The notes under the pieces are model-generated. The model had not been told where the DNA came from, made no database searches, and saw nothing but the letters and a program-made list of their open reading frames with translations. Positions 1 through 12,261 of a DNA stretch of 64,000 nucleotides are shown in pieces (position 1 is the stretch's first letter; each line of letters starts with the position of its first letter). The translations under genes and the position numbers were made by a program. The stretch is from positions 434,001-498,000 of the forward strand of contig JBPGPT010000002.1 of the NCBI GenBank assembly GCA_051047955.1. Reading direction: 5' to 3'. The DNA comes from Cystobasidiomycetes sp. EMM_F5. Lineage: Eukaryota.

Positions 1-897
1 TAGATTGCTCTTCATGCTCTGCTTGAACTGCTCTAATCTGTGAGTGCTGACCATCCTAGACTTGACCATATGCAGACTGATTGTTCTGCTGCAGAATTGA
101 TCTCGACAAAGGAGAAGCGCCAATTCCGTAAGATCGTAGTTGTGCAGTAACGAAAATGTAAAATGTACCGGCTTGAAGGGCAGATCCAACAGGAGCATTT
201 GCACTCCGGGAGTATTGACGTTGGAAATATGCAAGTGCGTGAGTGTTTCTGGCATCTTTTGTGCCTCAATCGCTGCTACTGCGGGAAGCCCGTTGGCCAA
301 GGCATGTACTGTGGGGACGAATCCTTGTGTCTGATTGGTATTACCAAGATGGGCCGTTACCGGAGCAGGCGCTGCACTAGTAGCAGCTGCAAGAATGACC
401 AATCGTTGCAGAGCAGGCGTGGCCGTCTGTAGGTGAGCTAGATGCGTGTACAAGCTCTCTCCTGCTAAATGCAAATTGCGCAACCGAGGCATCAGTGGAA
501 AGTCTTGTAGAGTCACGCAATGTCCATCGAGGGTGAATTCCAAACTTGTCACGTTTCGAAAGACTCGTAGAAGGACTGGAACTATTGTATTGAGGGAATG
601 CACAGTTGGTAGGAAATTCGGCGCGTGGAATACCAGATTCTGTAGGTCCAGTGTGGTATTGAGTGATTGTGCAAGCGCCATCAAGCGCGTTGCGGCACGA
701 GTATCGCGAGGATTGAGTGCTATTGCGCAGCATCGAAAGATAGCCCGAGTGAAAATCTTGCTTAATCGGGGATGTATCAAGCGCAACTGAAATATCCCGC
801 ATATTGAAGAGGTGCTCCAGATAATCTTGTCAGATTGGACCGTTGCGCTTGCGATCTCATCGAGCAGCTCCGGTGGAAGGGATAAGAGGCCGACCAT
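1..897 (-). CDS. F-box protein with degenerate LRR-like repeats (3' end outside window)
   Basis: Manual translation from ATG 897 stays open to the window edge, so it is absent from the ORF track. MVGLLSLPPELLDEIASAT is an F-box-type start, followed by LxxLxL-like units (VTSLEF, LRNLHL, LQRLVI, LTHLHI). Confidence 0.65.
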   Translation of the reverse strand, partial: MVGLLSLPPELLDEIASATVQSDKIIWSTSSICGIFQLRLIHPRLSKIFTRAIFRCCAIALNPRDTRAATRLMALAQSLNTTLDLQNLVFHAPNFLPTVHSLNTIVPVLLRVFRNVTSLEFTLDGHCVTLQDFPLMPRLRNLHLAGESLYTHLAHLQTATPALQRLVILAAATSAAPAPVTAHLGNTNQTQGFVPTVHALANGLPAVAAIEAQKMPETLTHLHISNVNTPGVQMLLLDLPFKPVHFTFSLLHNYDLTELALLLCRDQFCSRTISLHMVKSRMVSTHRLEQFKQSMKSNL

Positions 898-1205
898 CGT
901 CGGCTAGGCCGCTTGCGCCAGGCAATGCTTGGAATGCTGTATATGTACCCTCGGACTGTCTTGAAGCCTTCTTCTGCCAGCGTCAAGACTACTAGTCTGC
1001 TTATCGGGATCAATGCATCGGCAATCACCGCAGCGGGACTGCCGGCGGAGCACGCCAACGAGGTCGAACAGATCAGCTCAGGAAGACTATCGGCTGCTGC
1101 GATGAAGACGGTGATGTAGCATCGATACGACTTCGTGTGCGCATTTCGCGATGAAGACGCTAAGAGCATTGATCGCGATAGCTTTCGGCTTCATTTGCGA
1201 TACGC

Positions 1206-1215
1206 ATCACGTGAC
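1206..1215. promoter_or_regulatory. Palindromic E-box ATCACGTGAC (Cbf1/bHLH-type)
   Basis: Matches RTCACGTGAY about 310 bp upstream of the F-box gene ATG; function is inferred. Confidence 0.3.
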
Positions 1216-1498
1216 AGACGTCGTCGCGTAAGAAACATCAGCAGAAGCCGTTTGCGCGAGGCTCAAAACATCCAAACCCATAGCATCGTCGAGATCACCC
1301 GTTGAAGATGTTTGCATTTGTCATTTAGCGCTACATGGTGGTGTAAGAATTCCCCCAAAAACTTCTGCAGAGTAAACGAAATGCCATGCAAGCACTGACT
1401 TGGTATACGAAAGCTACGGTTGAAGCAGCGCGTGAAGAGTATCACTTCGGTAGATGAAATTGTCGAGCCGCTCATGACCATCTTTTCTGCAAGCACGG

Positions 1499-3612
1499 CT
1501 AATGCCCGTTAGAGAAGCCATTTGTCCAGGGCTTGGACTGATTGGGCTTCCTTAGGAAAGGCTTGAAGATTGCATGAGGATCGGGGTGTCGGAAATCATT
1601 GTGGACAATGTTGATGAGGTAGTAGGAATCGAAAAGCTCGGTTAGGATTTTGTTGGATGGACTGTCGGTAGGGTACAGGTTTGCCCACTGCTGGCCCAAC
1701 TCGAAGGCTTCGTCCTTCCACGCTTCAAAGCTTGCCTGTTCAACAATCGTCGGCTGCAAGACTTCTTTGGCCGGGAAGATGCCCCATGTGACCGCATTGA
1801 TGGCGTCTTCGGTGCAGTTAGTGCGAAGTTGGCCAGCCTTCGTGACTGCATAGTAAGTAATGTCGGGATCTTCATCAAAAGCGGCCAGAAGCTTGTCGGC
1901 TCGCTCCGCCGAGCAGAAGAACTCGAGGTACGCCTGATACCAGATTCGTTAGATAGCATTCACCCCTGACTTTGCAATGAACATACCTTCTGATAAATAT
2001 AACCATTCCGCGGTCCCCAACCGTGGACTGGGTGACTGCTCTTGACGCCGTCCACAGCAGGTTGAGAATTGATAGTAAGGTAGCCGTTCTCGTTGATTTC
2101 GGCGAGTTGAGTAGAAATGAAGCTGGTCTCCTTTGCTGCTGGGCCTTCCGACCACGGCAGCATGGCAACTTTGCCTCTACAGAAGTCTGCAAAGATGGCT
2201 CCGACTTCTTCCAGGGTGGTCGGACTGCCCAACATCTGCTTGACCTCTTCGGGCTTCTGCTTTGTACCGAGACCAATACCAGGCCGCATCTCGCCATAAG
2301 CTGGTGAGCGAGAATCGCCCCACCGTCCATTTGGAAACTCGTCCCAAGCTTCCGTTCTAGCCAAGTACGACTTGGCACGGTTCGCCCAAAATATTGGCCT
2401 GATGGTTTCGCCACGTCGCTTATTGGTCAACGACTGTTCAAGATGGGGTAAGCTAAGTATTTCGACGCATTCCACGAATGGCTCGACTGACTGGTCTCCA
2501 TGGTAAAGGGCTGACAATATCACGGTCTGCAACAAAGCCGAGCTCGCTTAGAATGAGCTTGGTGCCCTTCTCCAGATTCATGGTGTAGAAGTGTAGACCA
2601 TGTATGCCCAGATTTCCGCCGAGAATCTGCCTACACAGCTGTGCAACGAGCTGAGTTCCAATCTGGCGAACCTTGTCGTCGTCGTCCTGTACGCTAGCCA
2701 GAGCTTCCTCCCAGGAATCCGGAACGATGGTTCCAAACCATTTTGTAGTCTTTTTAAATCCAGCATAGTTCTGTATCGGCATGATGCCCGGTATGATCGG
2801 AATATCAATTCCCGCAGCGCGTACATCGCGAACCCACTCTGCAAAAATGTCGAAATCGTAAAACATTTGTGTAAAGATGAAGGTTGCCCCGGCATCCACT
2901 TTGGCCTTCAGGTGGCGCAATTCAATCTCCTTCGTCTCGCGATCAGGGTGTCCTTCTGGGAAGCCAGCAATCGCAATATCGAAATGCCCTCCATACTTTT
3001 CGCGAATAAACTTGACGAGATCGATAGCGTGCCTAAAGCCGTTTTCTGGCGCTACCCACTGCGTCTGGCCTTTTGGTGGATCCCCTCTCAGAGCCAAGAT
3101 GTTGTGACAGCCAGACTCGTACGCATCCTACAGATCGTTGCATCATACTTAGTGTGAGCCTGTAATACCAACCGCCTGGCACAAACCTCTAAAGCCTTCT
3201 CAATCTTGTCTCTAGCCATATCGGTGCACGTCAAATGCATGCATGTTTCAAGACCAAACTCCTCGTGGGCTGCCTTTACGAATTGAGCTGTAGTATCGGC
3301 TCTCGTGCCACCTGCTCCCCAGGTGATGTCGATGAAGGTAGGGCCTAGCTCGCGCATTCGCTCAATTCGAGCATATAAATTTTGCACGCCCTCATGAGCT
3401 GTCGAAAAGGGGGAGGTATGCTTCAGTCTGTGCATCCTGAAGTCCCTCTGAAGTCGTTCTCGTTCAACGCACTTTTTGGTGGAAAATATTCAAAAGACCA
3501 CCTAAAGTACATTGTCAGTCTTGAGGCATTGCTGTCAGATACTCTCAGATGTGCTCATTCACCATGGACGCCCTTTGGTCTCGGCCGCAGCGAGCCTCTC
3601 TGATATCCGCAT
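1499..3612 (-). CDS. MET13: Methylenetetrahydrofolate reductase (catalytic + SAM-regulatory domain), spliced
   Basis: Spliced product contains MRISERL...WSFEYFPPK, FIDITWGAGG, CMHLTCT, ALRGDPP, GFPEGHP, IFTQMFYD, LHFYTMN, RPIFWANR, WDEFPNGRWGDSRSPAYG, TINSQP and NAVTWGIFP; 5 GT-AG introns. Confidence 0.95.
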
Positions 3613-4140
3613 CCTGACCCAGATCGAGGCGCTAGGTGGCCGTCAAGACGATGCTGTTTACGCGGGTTCACAGGGTACCAGTCGATAAGTATTATTGAAA
3701 TCCAGACGCAATGCAGTCTCAGCTTGCAGGTCTGACCAGGTGTTGGGAAATGCAGAGTAACAAGCCATCGTTCTTCGAAAAGTTGAAGTGGCTCGCACGT
3801 GCATATGCGCAAGAAGCGGCGGACGGTGCTGCATGCTGGCAGGAGGCCGACTGACGGGCTGCGATGGCAGTACAGCAATCAGATGGATATACGTTAGAGT
3901 CCCGCGGTGTCGATGGGACGCTTTCAAGATTTCTGACCGTCTGCCAGCTGTCTGCACGCCCCGGCTCAACCTATCAACCTGGAATGGTTGCGCGTGCTGC
4001 TAGTAAAACATTGGTTACGTGTATCGATACTGATGAACAAATCCCTGCGATTGCACTGCGCTACCCTGTGAAGCTCCCCTGCTACCCTAAATGCACTGAG
4101 ACTCGGAATGAAGAGCGAAAAGTCCAGGTGAATGCGTCGG

Positions 4141-4889
4141 TTACCTGATACTGGCCATCGCTTTGCGGAGGTTGGTGACATCGCTACTGTCCTTGCCAAT
4201 GTGGATGTAGCGGACCTTGTTGTCGGCATCGACGGCGAAGCCTCCGTTCGTTTGCCATCTGGTTCCCCTCGTGTAGCGATTCTTGATGCCATCCTTTCGC
4301 ATGTTCCACACGCCCGCCAGTACCTCTGGCTTGAAGATGGCGTACAGACCAATCTCTCCCAATCCCCACTCTGCATACGCCAGCCTCTCTTCGTCTCCAT
4401 AGCAGACGACGTTCGCAGGTATGGGCACGCCAAGCTCATTCTGCAGAAAGCTTTCGACGACTTGCGTTTGAACAGAGTGGATGACAATGTAGAAGGTGGT
4501 ATTTTCATTCTTGGGTTTCTGCGCTTCCTTGACAATCTGTCGTATCTCGAGCTGTTATGTCGGTATAATTAGCTACTGCATTGTATTCGTAAGCCTCTAC
4601 CCAGGCCTACTTCGCAGTATGGACACCCTAGATGCTGTATTGTGTAAGAGGACGCGGAATAACATCAGTACTGTACCTATGAGTTGTCTAGCACGGCTCT
4701 GCTGCTCACCCGCGTAAAGAGCAAAATCGAGGGACTGCCCTTTTTCAGCGATATAGGCGTCGTCGGGGCATCGTCTCCAACAGCCAGCGGTTTGACCTTG
4801 TCTGCGAACCCATAGCTAGGTGCGAGCGAGTAGAGGTCCGCTCCGATCCACCTCAACGAGTCCGTAAGGATGTTGCCAGAGGCGTCCAT
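4141..4889 (-). CDS. Thioredoxin-fold AhpC/TSA-2 (peroxiredoxin-like 2/FAM213) family protein, spliced
   Basis: Splicing joins ILLFTR to HLGCPYCE (CxxC). The C-terminal WQTNGGFAVDADNKVRYIHIG fits the family's QxGGxFxxD motif. Confidence 0.75.
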
Positions 4890-5329
4890 GATGGAATTGA
4901 GCACCAGAGGACGGGACAAGCGACAGCAATGCAGTTGTAAGTGTGACCGACGGAATGCGCTCGTGCTTCAGATTGGGTTGGGGGGAAAGGATGTGAGTCT
5001 CCGACAAGGAAAATGCAGCGCGCAGCGCAGTCGCCCCGGCCGGGAGCAAACGCGATCAGATGTAATTGTGGGCTCCTTCGGATATCCCGACAGCAGGCTG
5101 TAGGTCTGTCTCTTTCAATGCAATGGCTAAATGACCGTCCACCGTTTGTCCCCCTGCTGAAATTCACACGACTTGCTCGATACTGCGCATGTCCGGGCGA
5201 AAGGCTGTCAGCCGAGACAGATCTGAAACCAACTTATCCACAAAGGACGGCATGTACAACGCCAAACAGTACTGACATGTCGCTGATGGATCAGAGGGCG
5301 CCGACTGACGAGACACTCCATACTGATCG

Positions 5330-6499
5330 ATGACGGCGCATTCGACGATGAAAGCTGACCACCTCGAGTTTCGCTACGTTACTGATAACGAGGTCGCATC
5401 GCTGCCCATAATTTGGGATGAGTTCAAGCTGCTCCGTGTACTTGGAAAAGGCGGTGAGAGACATTGTTCACTTGCTCGTGAGAGGCGTCGCATCTAACCA
5501 TGCATATAGCCTTTGGCATCGTCTTTCTGGCCGAGCACATCGATTCTAATGTAGATACTAGACAGGTCGCCCTCAAGATACCGTACGATACCAGCCCAAT
5601 ATACGATTGGGTCAAGCCCGATACTATACCGCGTGCCTTTCGCTGCCAGCAGGAGTGTATAGAGCGCCTGACCGCAAGAGAGTCACAATATGGCCCTTGC
5701 CCATACATCGTCAAAAGTCATCCGCGACCATTTGCGACAATGACGGCACTGGCTTTCGAGATTGCGGCCGTCAGTATTACCGAATTGCAGATGCGTTCGT
5801 CACCGGAGAGATCCATCGATGCCAGCGAATTTGAAAATGCCATGCCTGCTGAATTTGTCCAGTATACGGCAGTGACAATGGTATCTGCTCTCGTCTTCAT
5901 GCATGCTGCAGGCGTGATGTGGAGAGACGGCAAGCAGACCAACGTATTGATCATGCCCGACTTCACTTTCAAGGCCGCTGATATAGGCGACGACCATCCC
6001 GACGCGACAGAGCAGAGTGATCGCATCAGGCTGGCGGCAATGCTGCTCAACATGGCTGTGAGCTTCAGGCTTCTGACGATTCCTTCCTTCATTCGGTCAA
6101 GCTGAATAGGTTTTTACGGCATTACCCCAGACAGGCCTAGCACGCAACTTTCCATTTCCTTGCTTGGACACGTTTAAACAAACGTTGTCTACTCATTGGT
6201 TTCGTCTGGAGTCGGGTTTACAGCAAGTCTTGGCAGACCTCATCGATGATACTATGACATTGGACCAGATCCTCAGATTGCCCTACATGCAGTCATCAGG
6301 AACGTCCCTCAATCCAGACGACGGCAAGCCCAGCATCCATAAACGGTCGAACTATGTAAGATCTCTGGCAGCCTTGGCGTACAAGAGCTTACCGAAGCAC
6401 ACACAAGTTTGGCTTTCTGAGCAAGGCGTGGCCACGCCATGCATTGACGAGAGTGCTAAGACGGTGCAGGACGGGCAGCGGGATGGAAATGCCTTATGA
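5330..6499 (+). CDS. Divergent protein kinase-like protein, 2 introns (5454-5509, 6058-6109)
   Basis: Spliced: LGKGAFGIVF (Gly loop), VALK, QECIE (alphaC), MWRDGKQTNVLI (catalytic loop), AADIG (DFG equivalent). Start is 5330 or 5348. Confidence 0.75.
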
Positions 6500-6554
6500 T
6501 CGTATACAATACGTCGTTAATATACAAAAGCAAAAAAAATTGCGCTTCAAGAGA

Positions 6555-9228
6555 CTAATAGTCTGTCACCGCAATCTTTGTGCCAACTATCGCAGCCCGC
6601 CTGCGCGCTGCTTCTTGCCTGAGGCGGTCGAGAGCATCTACAGTGGTGTCGTAGAAGTCGTACCCTCCAAACATCTGGTACCCATCATCTTGCTCCTCGG
6701 GCATGTCAATTGCATTTGCAGGTTTTGCATTCGCCTCACGATACAGCTGCGTTAGCATGCGCTGGACTTCTAAGAGGTACGATCTGAGAGTGTCCAGGTA
6801 ACGTTGTGTTTGTAAATGCTTGCTCGAGGCGCAGATAGACAGGCCGTCGTCCTTGATGATGTAGCCTATGCCAAACCCGTCTGGTACCACCGAGCCGAAG
6901 CCGAACAAACGGAGACACGGATTGCCGCAGTTACTGGTGGATAATGTGGAATGCCCTAAGGTGCTGTAGCCACCGTCGCGGAAGATTGCGGGCATGATAA
7001 TGTCTGTCGAGCTCGATGAGGCGGGAGAGGATCGACCACTTCCCTTTGGACTGGGCGGAACACCTTCCGCACCTAAAGACGGATTGCGAGCGAGGATAGC
7101 CATGGCGTAAAGTAGTCTGTCCTGACCAAGCCCTTTACTGCATTCTCGCGTGAGGTCGACATGTCGTTTGCATGCCGAACGGAGAGCATCAATCTTTTCG
7201 CGAACCGATGCATCCCCCGAGCAGAAAGTCTGCACAAACTTGACTGACTCCCTTTGAACACTCCTAATCGCTTCTGTTCGCCCGTGTAGGAACCCTTTCG
7301 TCATTGCAGGCTCGTACACGCATTCAGTCCGTCCATACAAGCTAAAGTATGCAGCTTGGAAAGCCATTTGAACGACTGAGCATGGAACACATGTCAGTGC
7401 CGGATCACTCCATGCTGTTTTAGATGACCTACATGCATCGGGAGAAAAGCCATGCCGCGTGATGAATGACTTCCCGTATGTTTGGAATTCCAATGCAACG
7501 ATATCATTCTGGCATATAAGGTCGGAAAGTCTCGTCTCTGCGAAGCGAATACCCGTACGCAGTTCGGGCGTCAAGTGCCAAGATAGACGTTTTGGGTCCG
7601 TTTCCAACTCCTCTGGACGTTCTTTATTGTCACTATCCGCTTTCTTGCCGCCGCCGATAGCCCAAGGTGATATCTTGGCTTTAAAAAGAGTTGTTGCATT
7701 CGAGTTGATGCTCTTGGCAAATCGGAGAATGAGCTCGGTGTAGACGTCGCCGGCATAGCGAAGTACTCTGCATGGCAAATAAGTCAGTCATATCCACGCA
7801 GTCCTGTGTATTCTACGCACGTATGACCATCAACGCCAGAATGCTCGAAATTGATACCAGCTGTACCGTTCTCAGTGATGATTATCTGTAGCTTCTCATA
7901 CCACCGGTTTGTGCAGGTTCCCACTTGAACGCCTCGATCCAGCTTGTACGTGCCGGACAGCATGTTTGCGCAGGTCTCGTTGATGTGCTCAGGCGTCGAA
8001 TCATCCAAGCAGACAACAAACAGAGCGCTGTCGACGACGTCCACTGCCACAGCGCTTTAGCTCAGAGTTGGAAAGATCGCGTAGCTTACTCACGGCAATT
8101 GCGATTGTCAGGATCTTCGCGCAGTCTATTGCGCAAATTGGCCCAGAGCTTCCGATTTTCTGTCGACAAGACACCGACGGCTCCTTGAGCCACTTGCGAC
8201 GGAGGTGTCTTGTCCGCATCAGCGACGATGGCTTCCAAATTTTTGAGGAGAGCCCGTTCGGTTAACGCTGGCCGATGTTTTGAATCCAAGACGTCAAACC
8301 AGTAAAATTGCCCGCGGCGAATGACGATGATGTGCTTTGAATGCGGATCAGACTGCATTTTGCAGCCGGTTCTGGAGCGAGGCTTGGTTAGGGTGATCAC
8401 ATATGCACATCCGTATCAATACTTACGAGGTCGGTATCCGAGCAGTGCCAAACAGTCTTGCGTATTGGTACATGTCTAGAGGATTTCCGCGTACACTATC
8501 TGGTTCGAGCTGACCTGTCCGAAGATCATGCACGAAGCCAAGCGATGCCATGATAAGGCCTACGGCTCGGCCCATCTGGGATCCACGAGACGGCGTAGGA
8601 TCGTCTTCGAGGATAAAGAATGGGTTAAGATTGAGCACGACTGACTCTGTAGTGTCAAGATATGCGGCATCCCAGAACTCTTCTATGTACGAATCGCGGG
8701 TGGAAGCGTAGCGGCGTAGTCGTGTGTCTAACTCTGGACCATCTTTCTTGAGAAACTCGGCAACCACTCGCTTGGTATGTTCGTGGTCATCCGGAGCCTG
8801 TCGAACCGATGTTGAGTATAGCGCACACAAATGGCTGTGAGGACTGGCCAACATGCACTCACCTGGAGACCTTCTAAAGCCCGTAAGTAGCGCTGGCATG
8901 TATCTTGCAGAGGTGGTATCGGAAGTTTGGGCAGCTTGTTCTGGTAGCGGAGAGCTTCAATCAGAAGCAGTGCTCCGACGTCAGTGAGCGCCACAAAACG
9001 CGAAGAAGCAACATACTCAGACCGCCGTCTGTTATGGAAACACGATAAGCTGGCTGTTCTCGACTTCCACACCATTTCCGATTACTTACCGCTTCCATTG
9101 GCTGCTACGGCACCGCCCTTGTCGTCGTTTACGACCCGTTGCTTGTCGTCCTTTGGCGCATTCTGGTCGAGCTTTCCGTCAGCCGGCTGCGACTGAGTCC
9201 CTTCGGAGTCCTTGAGAGCTGCCGGCAT
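6555..9228 (-). CDS. YAT1: Carnitine O-acetyltransferase (Yat1/FacC type), spliced
   Basis: LPKLPIPPLQDTCQRYL, SVVLNLNPFFILEDDPTP, NRWYEKLQIII, GINFEHSGVDGHT (catalytic His), YEPAMTKGFLHGRTEAIR, LSTSNCGNP, GFGIGYII. Confidence 0.92.
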
Positions 9229-9566
9229 TGCGACCATAGTACGTGTAGATAGTTAAAAGCAAAAGCAGTCTGACTGAAATCGCAAAGTCGCATACGCAAA
9301 TAGCAGCCTCGGAGTAGCCGCTCGACAGTCCCGGTCGGGCTTCGCGACGGACCCCGCGCGCGGCCTGGCGCCCCGGAATTATCAGGAAGGCAATACAAGC
9401 TCTGTAATAGCTACACATAGTCAACGATGTACCGCATATTCGTCATCCTATTGGCGCAAGACATCATACGCATTGAGCGGTTAACAGTTCACAGCATGCC
9501 TGGCATGAGCCTTGTTTGCTAAGTAACGTTCTCGAAAAGGCCTCCGCAAGTACGCGCTCGACAGTC

Positions 9567-10775
9567 TCAATCTCGATGCTCAAGGATGGCAATCCAGCTC
9601 GTTCCATTCCCAGCGTGCACGCTGTTAACGCTTCCAGTAAAGTCGCCAGCCGTCCACAGCTTGATTGGTCGAAGCTGGTTGAGCAGGTTTGCATCTCCCA
9701 ACCCCAAATTGCCATGCTCATTCCAGCCCCAACCCCAAACTTGACTTTCTTCGTTTCCGTCAATAAGCGCAAGCACATGTTCGGATCCGGCAGCGACACC
9801 TCGTATATTCTTGTGCAGGTCAAGGCCGATCTCGACTTGCCCTGCATCTCCGATGACTTTGCTGTCTCGACCTAGTTGACCAAAGGCATTGTCGCCGAAG
9901 CTGAAGAGACAGGTACCTTCGTCGTCGTCGCCGAGCACAAACGTGGATTTCCAAGTGGCATAAACACTTTTGAGCGCTACGGTTCCGGACTCGGCTGATA
10001 CTAAACCGCTCAACGTATTGTAGGATACGGCCGTATCCAGATGCCCTAGCTGGCCCTTCTTGTTACTTCCGTAAAGCATGCATGTCGCATCGTCGGTGAG
10101 GACCACACTGTGCAGACTGCCGACAGCTACCTGCTGCACTTGCCCGCTTGAGACTCGGGCGGGATGAGAGCAGCTGACTTGACCAGCCGCCGAGCCGAGT
10201 TGACCATACTTTGCTGCTCCGATGCCGTATGTGTGAGATTCGATGTCGACGAACAGACAATGCCTTGGTCCAGCGTACACGCTTTTGAGCACTATGTTGT
10301 TAGGAGAAGTAATCAACTCTGCAGACACACTGCTTTCTTGTGTAGAAGCGCCAGTGACTACTTGCGTGCGCCCCGCAATGCAGATAAGAATGCTTTCCTT
10401 AGGCTTGTCGCGCGGAGCCACGATGATGTACGTTGATTCCCATCCGGCAGCGACGTCAACGATGACCGGGTTCTCTTGCTCAAACGGCAATTCAAGCTGC
10501 CCGACCAGGTCCCGAATCGATAGTGGTCTGAATGCTAGGCTGGAACGGTGATTAGGCTGAAGACCAGCGCCTAGCAGGGTACATCTGGGTCCATCACGTA
10601 TGAGCAGCAGTGTATGGTGTGCTCCAGCCGCTATCTTGATGCGGCAATCTTGGTCATTTTCGACGACATGGTCTATCGGGCACCGCGTAAACGAGTGCGC
10701 ATCGTCAGTCGAGCCAATGCCTAGCTGTCCGTGCGAGTTTGATCCGGCAGCATAGAGTACGAGGCTGGATGGCAT
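9567..10775 (-). CDS. ATS1: RCC1-repeat protein, Ats1/Kti13-like, intronless
   Basis: LYAAGSNSHGQLGIG, AAGWEST, FGDNAFGQLG, AAGSEHVLAL, GWGWNEHGNLGLG, AGNGTSWI. Start placed at MPSSL because the longer ORF runs into the start of MRF1. Confidence 0.75.
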   Translation of the reverse strand: MPSSLVLYAAGSNSHGQLGIGSTDDAHSFTRCPIDHVVENDQDCRIKIAAGAHHTLLLIRDGPRCTLLGAGLQPNHRSSLAFRPLSIRDLVGQLELPFEQENPVIVDVAAGWESTYIIVAPRDKPKESILICIAGRTQVVTGASTQESSVSAELITSPNNIVLKSVYAGPRHCLFVDIESHTYGIGAAKYGQLGSAAGQVSCSHPARVSSGQVQQVAVGSLHSVVLTDDATCMLYGSNKKGQLGHLDTAVSYNTLSGLVSAESGTVALKSVYATWKSTFVLGDDDEGTCLFSFGDNAFGQLGRDSKVIGDAGQVEIGLDLHKNIRGVAAGSEHVLALIDGNEESQVWGWGWNEHGNLGLGDANLLNQLRPIKLWTAGDFTGSVNSVHAGNGTSWIAILEHRD

Positions 10776-10878
10776 ATGATGGGGATACACATGGTCAAAA
10801 GCCAAGTTGCGGCAATGGACTGCAACAACGTCGAAGTTGTTCACCTGCAGCATTATCGTCCCGCCCAACTGCAACTGC

Positions 10879-12261
10879 ATGGTCTGTGTTCAAAGATGTT
10901 TCTGCCAAATCACCAGGCGGGCTGCTAGCCGACTATGTCCTGCTCCCGCTTACGCTAGAAGGGCTTCCACTGCTTCAGCTGAAGTCACTATCGAAGAAAA
11001 GCTCGTCCGGCTCGCAAGGCAAACGCTGTCACAGGCTGCGGCGGACGCTGGAAGCAGCACAAGCTATGCCAGTGATGTCGAAGTAGCAAAGAGGACAAAA
11101 CAGCTCGAAAGCTTGAGAGACGCGCTGCGACAATGGCAGCAGAGTTCGGATGTGCGGCTTGTTTGACGAAATGGACAGTATCCAACAGCTAATGCATCCT
11201 TGCAGGTGTGCAAAAGTCTACAAGACATGATTGACCAGGATCCAGACGAGGAAATGCGAGAAATGGCAAATTTGGACCTCGCAGATGCAAAGGAGGCGTT
11301 GACGTCTGCAAATAACCGCTTACAATCGGCACTACTGCCCGCAGACCCGACCTCTGCGTTAGGATGTCTGATGGAAATCAAAGCGGGCGTCGGCGGATCA
11401 GAGGCCAGTATCTTTGCAGGCGATCTGATGCGGATGTACACACGTCTAGCAGCGGGTAAGCGGTGGAAGATGGACATTGTAAACACCTCGGCAATCTCTG
11501 CAGGTTCGGGAGGAAGCACCGATGCGTATCGAGAAGTCATACTCGAGATTGATGCAAGCGGCGCCTATCAGCTGCTCAAACATGAAGCCGGTGTACATCG
11601 AGTGCAGCGCGTTCCTCAGACGGAATCTTCGGGCAGAGTGCACACAAGTACAGCGTCGGTTATTGTGCGTTACCCCCTCTGCGACGAAGTTGCGGAAGAT
11701 TGAAAAAGGTATCTACAGGTCTTGCCTTCCGCACCAGAAAATCAGGCATCCGACGACGTGCTGGACGAGAAGGACGTCAAAGTGGAGGTGATGAGATCAG
11801 GTGGCGCTGGAGGACAGGTGCGATCATGGCGAGCCATGTGTCTCAAGCATACTGAAACCTTCGATTGATAGCACGTCAATCGGACAGAGTCGGCCGTCCG
11901 GTTGACGCACCTTCCCACTGGCATTACAGTATCGATGCAAGATACGCGCTCTCAGCACAAGAATCGCGTCAAGGCTTTTCAGATCTTGAGATCCCGCCTG
12001 CTGGCGGTGCAAGTGGCAGAACGACAAGCAGCAGGCCGCGCGGAGCGTCGTGCTCAAGTACGGGGGACTGACAGGAGCGAGAAGATTCGAACGTACAACT
12101 ATGCTCAGGACAGAGTCACAGACCACCGACTTCCTATCACTCTCAATGGTGTGCTTGGGTTTCTCGATGGGGACGATGGTAAATTGGAAATGATGGCGGA
12201 CGAGATAGATCGATGGGCGATCAAGCAGCAGGTGAACGATCTGCTCGACGCGGCGACCTGA
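10879..12261 (+). CDS. MRF1: Mitochondrial peptide chain release factor 1, spliced
   Basis: [25 protein letters not shown] (PxT motif), [19 protein letters not shown] (GGQ), [16 protein letters not shown]; Arg/Ser-rich presequence. Confidence 0.93.

Noticed and set aside
777..1496. Short ORFs between the F-box gene and MET13
   Set aside because: No recognisable motifs or coherent splice model; more likely promoter and UTR sequence.
3796..3801. CACGTG upstream of MET13 as a Cbf1/Met4 site
   Set aside because: A single hexamer without the TCACGTG flank; too weak alone.
2600..4572. Long antisense ORFs (e.g. 2600-3157 +, 4132-4572 +)
   Set aside because: Shadows of coding exons on the opposite strand, with no independent motifs.
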